Shown here: positions 61,434-64,000 of the stretch, piece after piece | Position numbering within the stretch: position 1 is the stretch's first letter | Layout: the number at the start of each line of letters is the position of its first letter | Assembly (NCBI RefSeq): GCF_052425735.1 | Contig: NC_135758.1 | Location: forward strand, 47,988,001-48,052,000 | DNA: 64,000 nucleotides | Source: Oculina patagonica | Taxonomy: Eukaryota | Direction: 5' to 3' | Notes under the pieces: model-generated | What the model saw: only the letters and a program-made list of their open reading frames with translations | The model's database searches: none | Told to the model about the DNA's origin: nothing | Made by a program: the position numbers and the translations under genes

Positions 61434-62579
61434 TTTCCGGCAGGAAGGTGTTTTACTATACTTGCTTATCACCGAGAAATTTCAAAACACTGATATGAAA
61501 ATTATCATTTACGAATATATTTAAAAGACATCTGCCATCTTATTTAATTGATATTAAAGGTTGCTCTCTTGACGATGTAAAATAAGCCAATTATAGCACG
61601 TGGTTAAAAACCTGAATCATTAAGTCTTCCCACGGTATTGGTGACATCCAATATTCCTTTGCTTTTTGACCGAAACAATTAAGAATAAACTCCTAGGCTC
61701 GTTGAGCGAACCCGTAAATTATTGCAATTAAATTATATAAATTTGCAGTAAATAGCAGTTTAGGCTTTTAATCAGTCGAATTGTCAGCAAGCCAATATCA
61801 TAATGCACAGCCCGAGTGTGACTGCTTATGAATAATGATTTGTTAAAAAAAGGAAAGAAAAAACATCTTCAGTATGGGTTGCAGTCAAGGACAGGAGATA
61901 TTTAATGGAGTTTTCTCTCGTTTGATGTAGGTTATTCTTTTTCCAAAAATCATCAAGAGTGGGGAATTTGACGCTCCGTGCAGCCCTAATCTGACTGGGC
62001 CATCAAAATTGGTGATACTTCTTTCAGACTACTTTTAAGTCTGATGTCATCCTAAGGCTAACTAAGGCTAATTAACTGTAGTTAACAGCGTTATATTAAT
62101 ATGATCGCAAAGTCGACCGCACGCACTAATATAACAAGTCTGACGTCATATAACTAGAACAAGTCTAACGAGAACTTACTGTAGTAAGCGGCGTTGATGT
62201 GACACAGCCAATATGACATTGATAATGACAATGATAATGACAATAATCATTGCGGCTATTTTTATGTTCATTGCATGTTTTCAAGTTTTGACACGAGTAT
62301 GTTAATTTTTTTTTCGCTTCGTTATGTAATTTTTGGTTTTACGGTCCTTTTTTTTGGATTGATAGTTTATTAATACAACTTCGCAACCCAAAGGTTGTTG
62401 TATAACTTAAATTTTAGTTTATTGTATTTTATTGTATTTTCTTATTTCCTTCGCTTTATCAATAATTTTTTTTGGTTGAAATTTATATGTAGCCTTTCCT
62501 TAGTAATTTACATCACTCGCTTGAAAGTTAAAACAATTGTTGGACTCAGTGAAGTTACGTTGTCATGTATTAAGTTATT

Positions 62580-62660
62580 GAAGGGACCTAGAATGGAAAG
62601 ATACCCGTCAAGAATTAAATCAAGCTTCCATTTTCCGGAGGGTGGTTTGCTTGCTGCTTG
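62580..62660 (-). pseudogene. Degenerate 5' relic of a fifth GPCR copy
   Basis: Minus strand CCGGAAAATGGAAGCTTGATTTAATTCTTGACGGGTATCTTTCCATTCT aligns with the B/B' start CCGGAAAATGGAAGCCTGGTTTTGGATTCTTGGCTGGTCTCTTTCCATCCT but has stops. Confidence 0.65.
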
Positions 62661-64000
62661 CCTATCTTTTGATCAAACGAAAACATAAACAAAATCTTTC
62701 ACGGAGTATTTTTAAAGTTTTGAACAAGGTAAGGTGACCTCCTTTGACGTTGCCGTAGAAAATAATTTTGTCGTCACAGAGGCCTCAATCTATTCATCAG
62801 AAAAACCTAAACGAATGTGTGCTAAAAGTTACTCTTTAGCATTATTGGTGTAGTATGCGCAAGACAGGAATGCCTAAACCATTACGAGACAATTACGGTA
62901 GATGATCACATGATTAAAAACCTAAATCATTAGCCTTCAGATCGGTATACGTGATGTATAACTCTTTGTTTATTGACTCGAGCAGTTTAGATTATTAATT
63001 CTGAAAATGGGATTTAACCTGCAACATTTACTTTAAAATGCTGTTCAATAATAAACGGACTTTTTGATATGTCAATTGTGTGCTCATGATTTTTGTTTTT
63101 TTCTCAAATTTTTCCAGTTTCCTTTAACAAAATTGCAAAATTCGTATGATTTTACTTTCCATTATATTTTGGCTTGATTTTTGTTATCTTCTGACTTTCT
63201 TCGAAAGTTGTGAAATCCAAGACGGCGGAACTAATGACATTATATGACGTCATAGCCTATACAAATTAGCCATCTTGTAGAGCAATCTAAGGGCTTTCTA
63301 CCCAATAGGCGATTTCACACTAGAAGAAGAACAAATCGTCCGCGATTTCGACGCCAACAAAATATTTGTTAGCAGACTAACAGCATTGACGTAAAAAGAG
63401 ATCGGCCTCTTTGCTTTTTTATATCTCGTGGCGTCAATTATCTTTCGGTATCTTCACTTTTGCAACTAAACCATTCTTGTTTCATCTTCAGTTTCTTTTT
63501 CACTCTTTGGTGCTTTTCTACCTTAGAGTATACTATTTTTCGAGGTGTCATTCTATTTCAGGGTAATTTTCACACAGTTACCTTGACGTGCAAAAAAAAA
63601 AAAAAAAAAAACAAGGAAGCAAACGCTTAAGATTAATATGTGTTTTCTCCCAAGTAATAACTTCCAAACCATTTAGCAAATTCTCTCTCACAATCCTCCA
63701 GATGTCTTAGACAAACACAACGGTGAAATCCTTTTATATTGTTTTTATTTTTTATGAAAAAAAAAAAACGAATTCGAGCACAAATGAAATGGTCTGAGAG
63801 ATGAGCCTTGTTAAAGCTAAATGTGTAGGTGTCAAAGGTTCTAAAACATTCCGTGTATTCTGTCGATATTTGCACTTTTGCAATTAAACCATTCCTGTTC
63901 CATTTTCAGTTTGTTATCACTCATTGGAGATTTCTGTTTTTCTTTCGCCCACGCGCTCGACGAAAAGAAAGCTGCGAAAGGAGGGGGTCTGCTGGTTAAC

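Larger units (their letters stand above)
49441..62310. repeat. Tandem segmental duplication of a two-GPCR unit (~49441-55550 and ~55551-62310)
   Basis: Collinear spacers: 50003-51460 vs 56113-58200; 51950-52841 vs 59670-60539; 54189-54740 vs 61434-62000; 55327-55550 vs 62108-62312. Confidence 0.85.

Overview
AT-rich eukaryotic DNA with GT-AG introns; gene content and repeat families suggest a stony coral (Scleractinia), which is an inference. There is one assembly gap (4072-4207). Manually spliced genes: (1) an uncharacterised ~624-aa nuclear-type protein with a 32-aa repeat, an RPSVI motif and a C-terminal transposase-like Zn domain (+); (2) a 14-exon hephaestin/ceruloplasmin-like multicopper ferroxidase (-) with a GPI-type C-terminus, a degenerate domain-2 T1 copper site and a 1-nt frameshift; (3,4) head-to-head C1orf52 (-) and C9orf78 (+); (5,6) head-to-head QTRT1 (-) and GTF3C5 (+); (7) a tandem array of short class A GPCR genes (-): two intact, one transposon-interrupted, one truncated at a duplication junction and one 5' relic. 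Introns and spacers hold many MITEs, LINE tails and hairpin-ended elements. Top leads: a TTAA-targeting DNA transposon in a GPCR exon whose ends form a GT-AG intron that would restore the frame (introner-like); a 272-bp retroposon with an HDV-like ribozyme lying in sense in a QTRT1 intron; a probable domesticated transposase DNA-binding protein; and hairpin-terminated elements, one with a tyrosine-recombinase relic. No database search was run; all family calls come from motif recognition.
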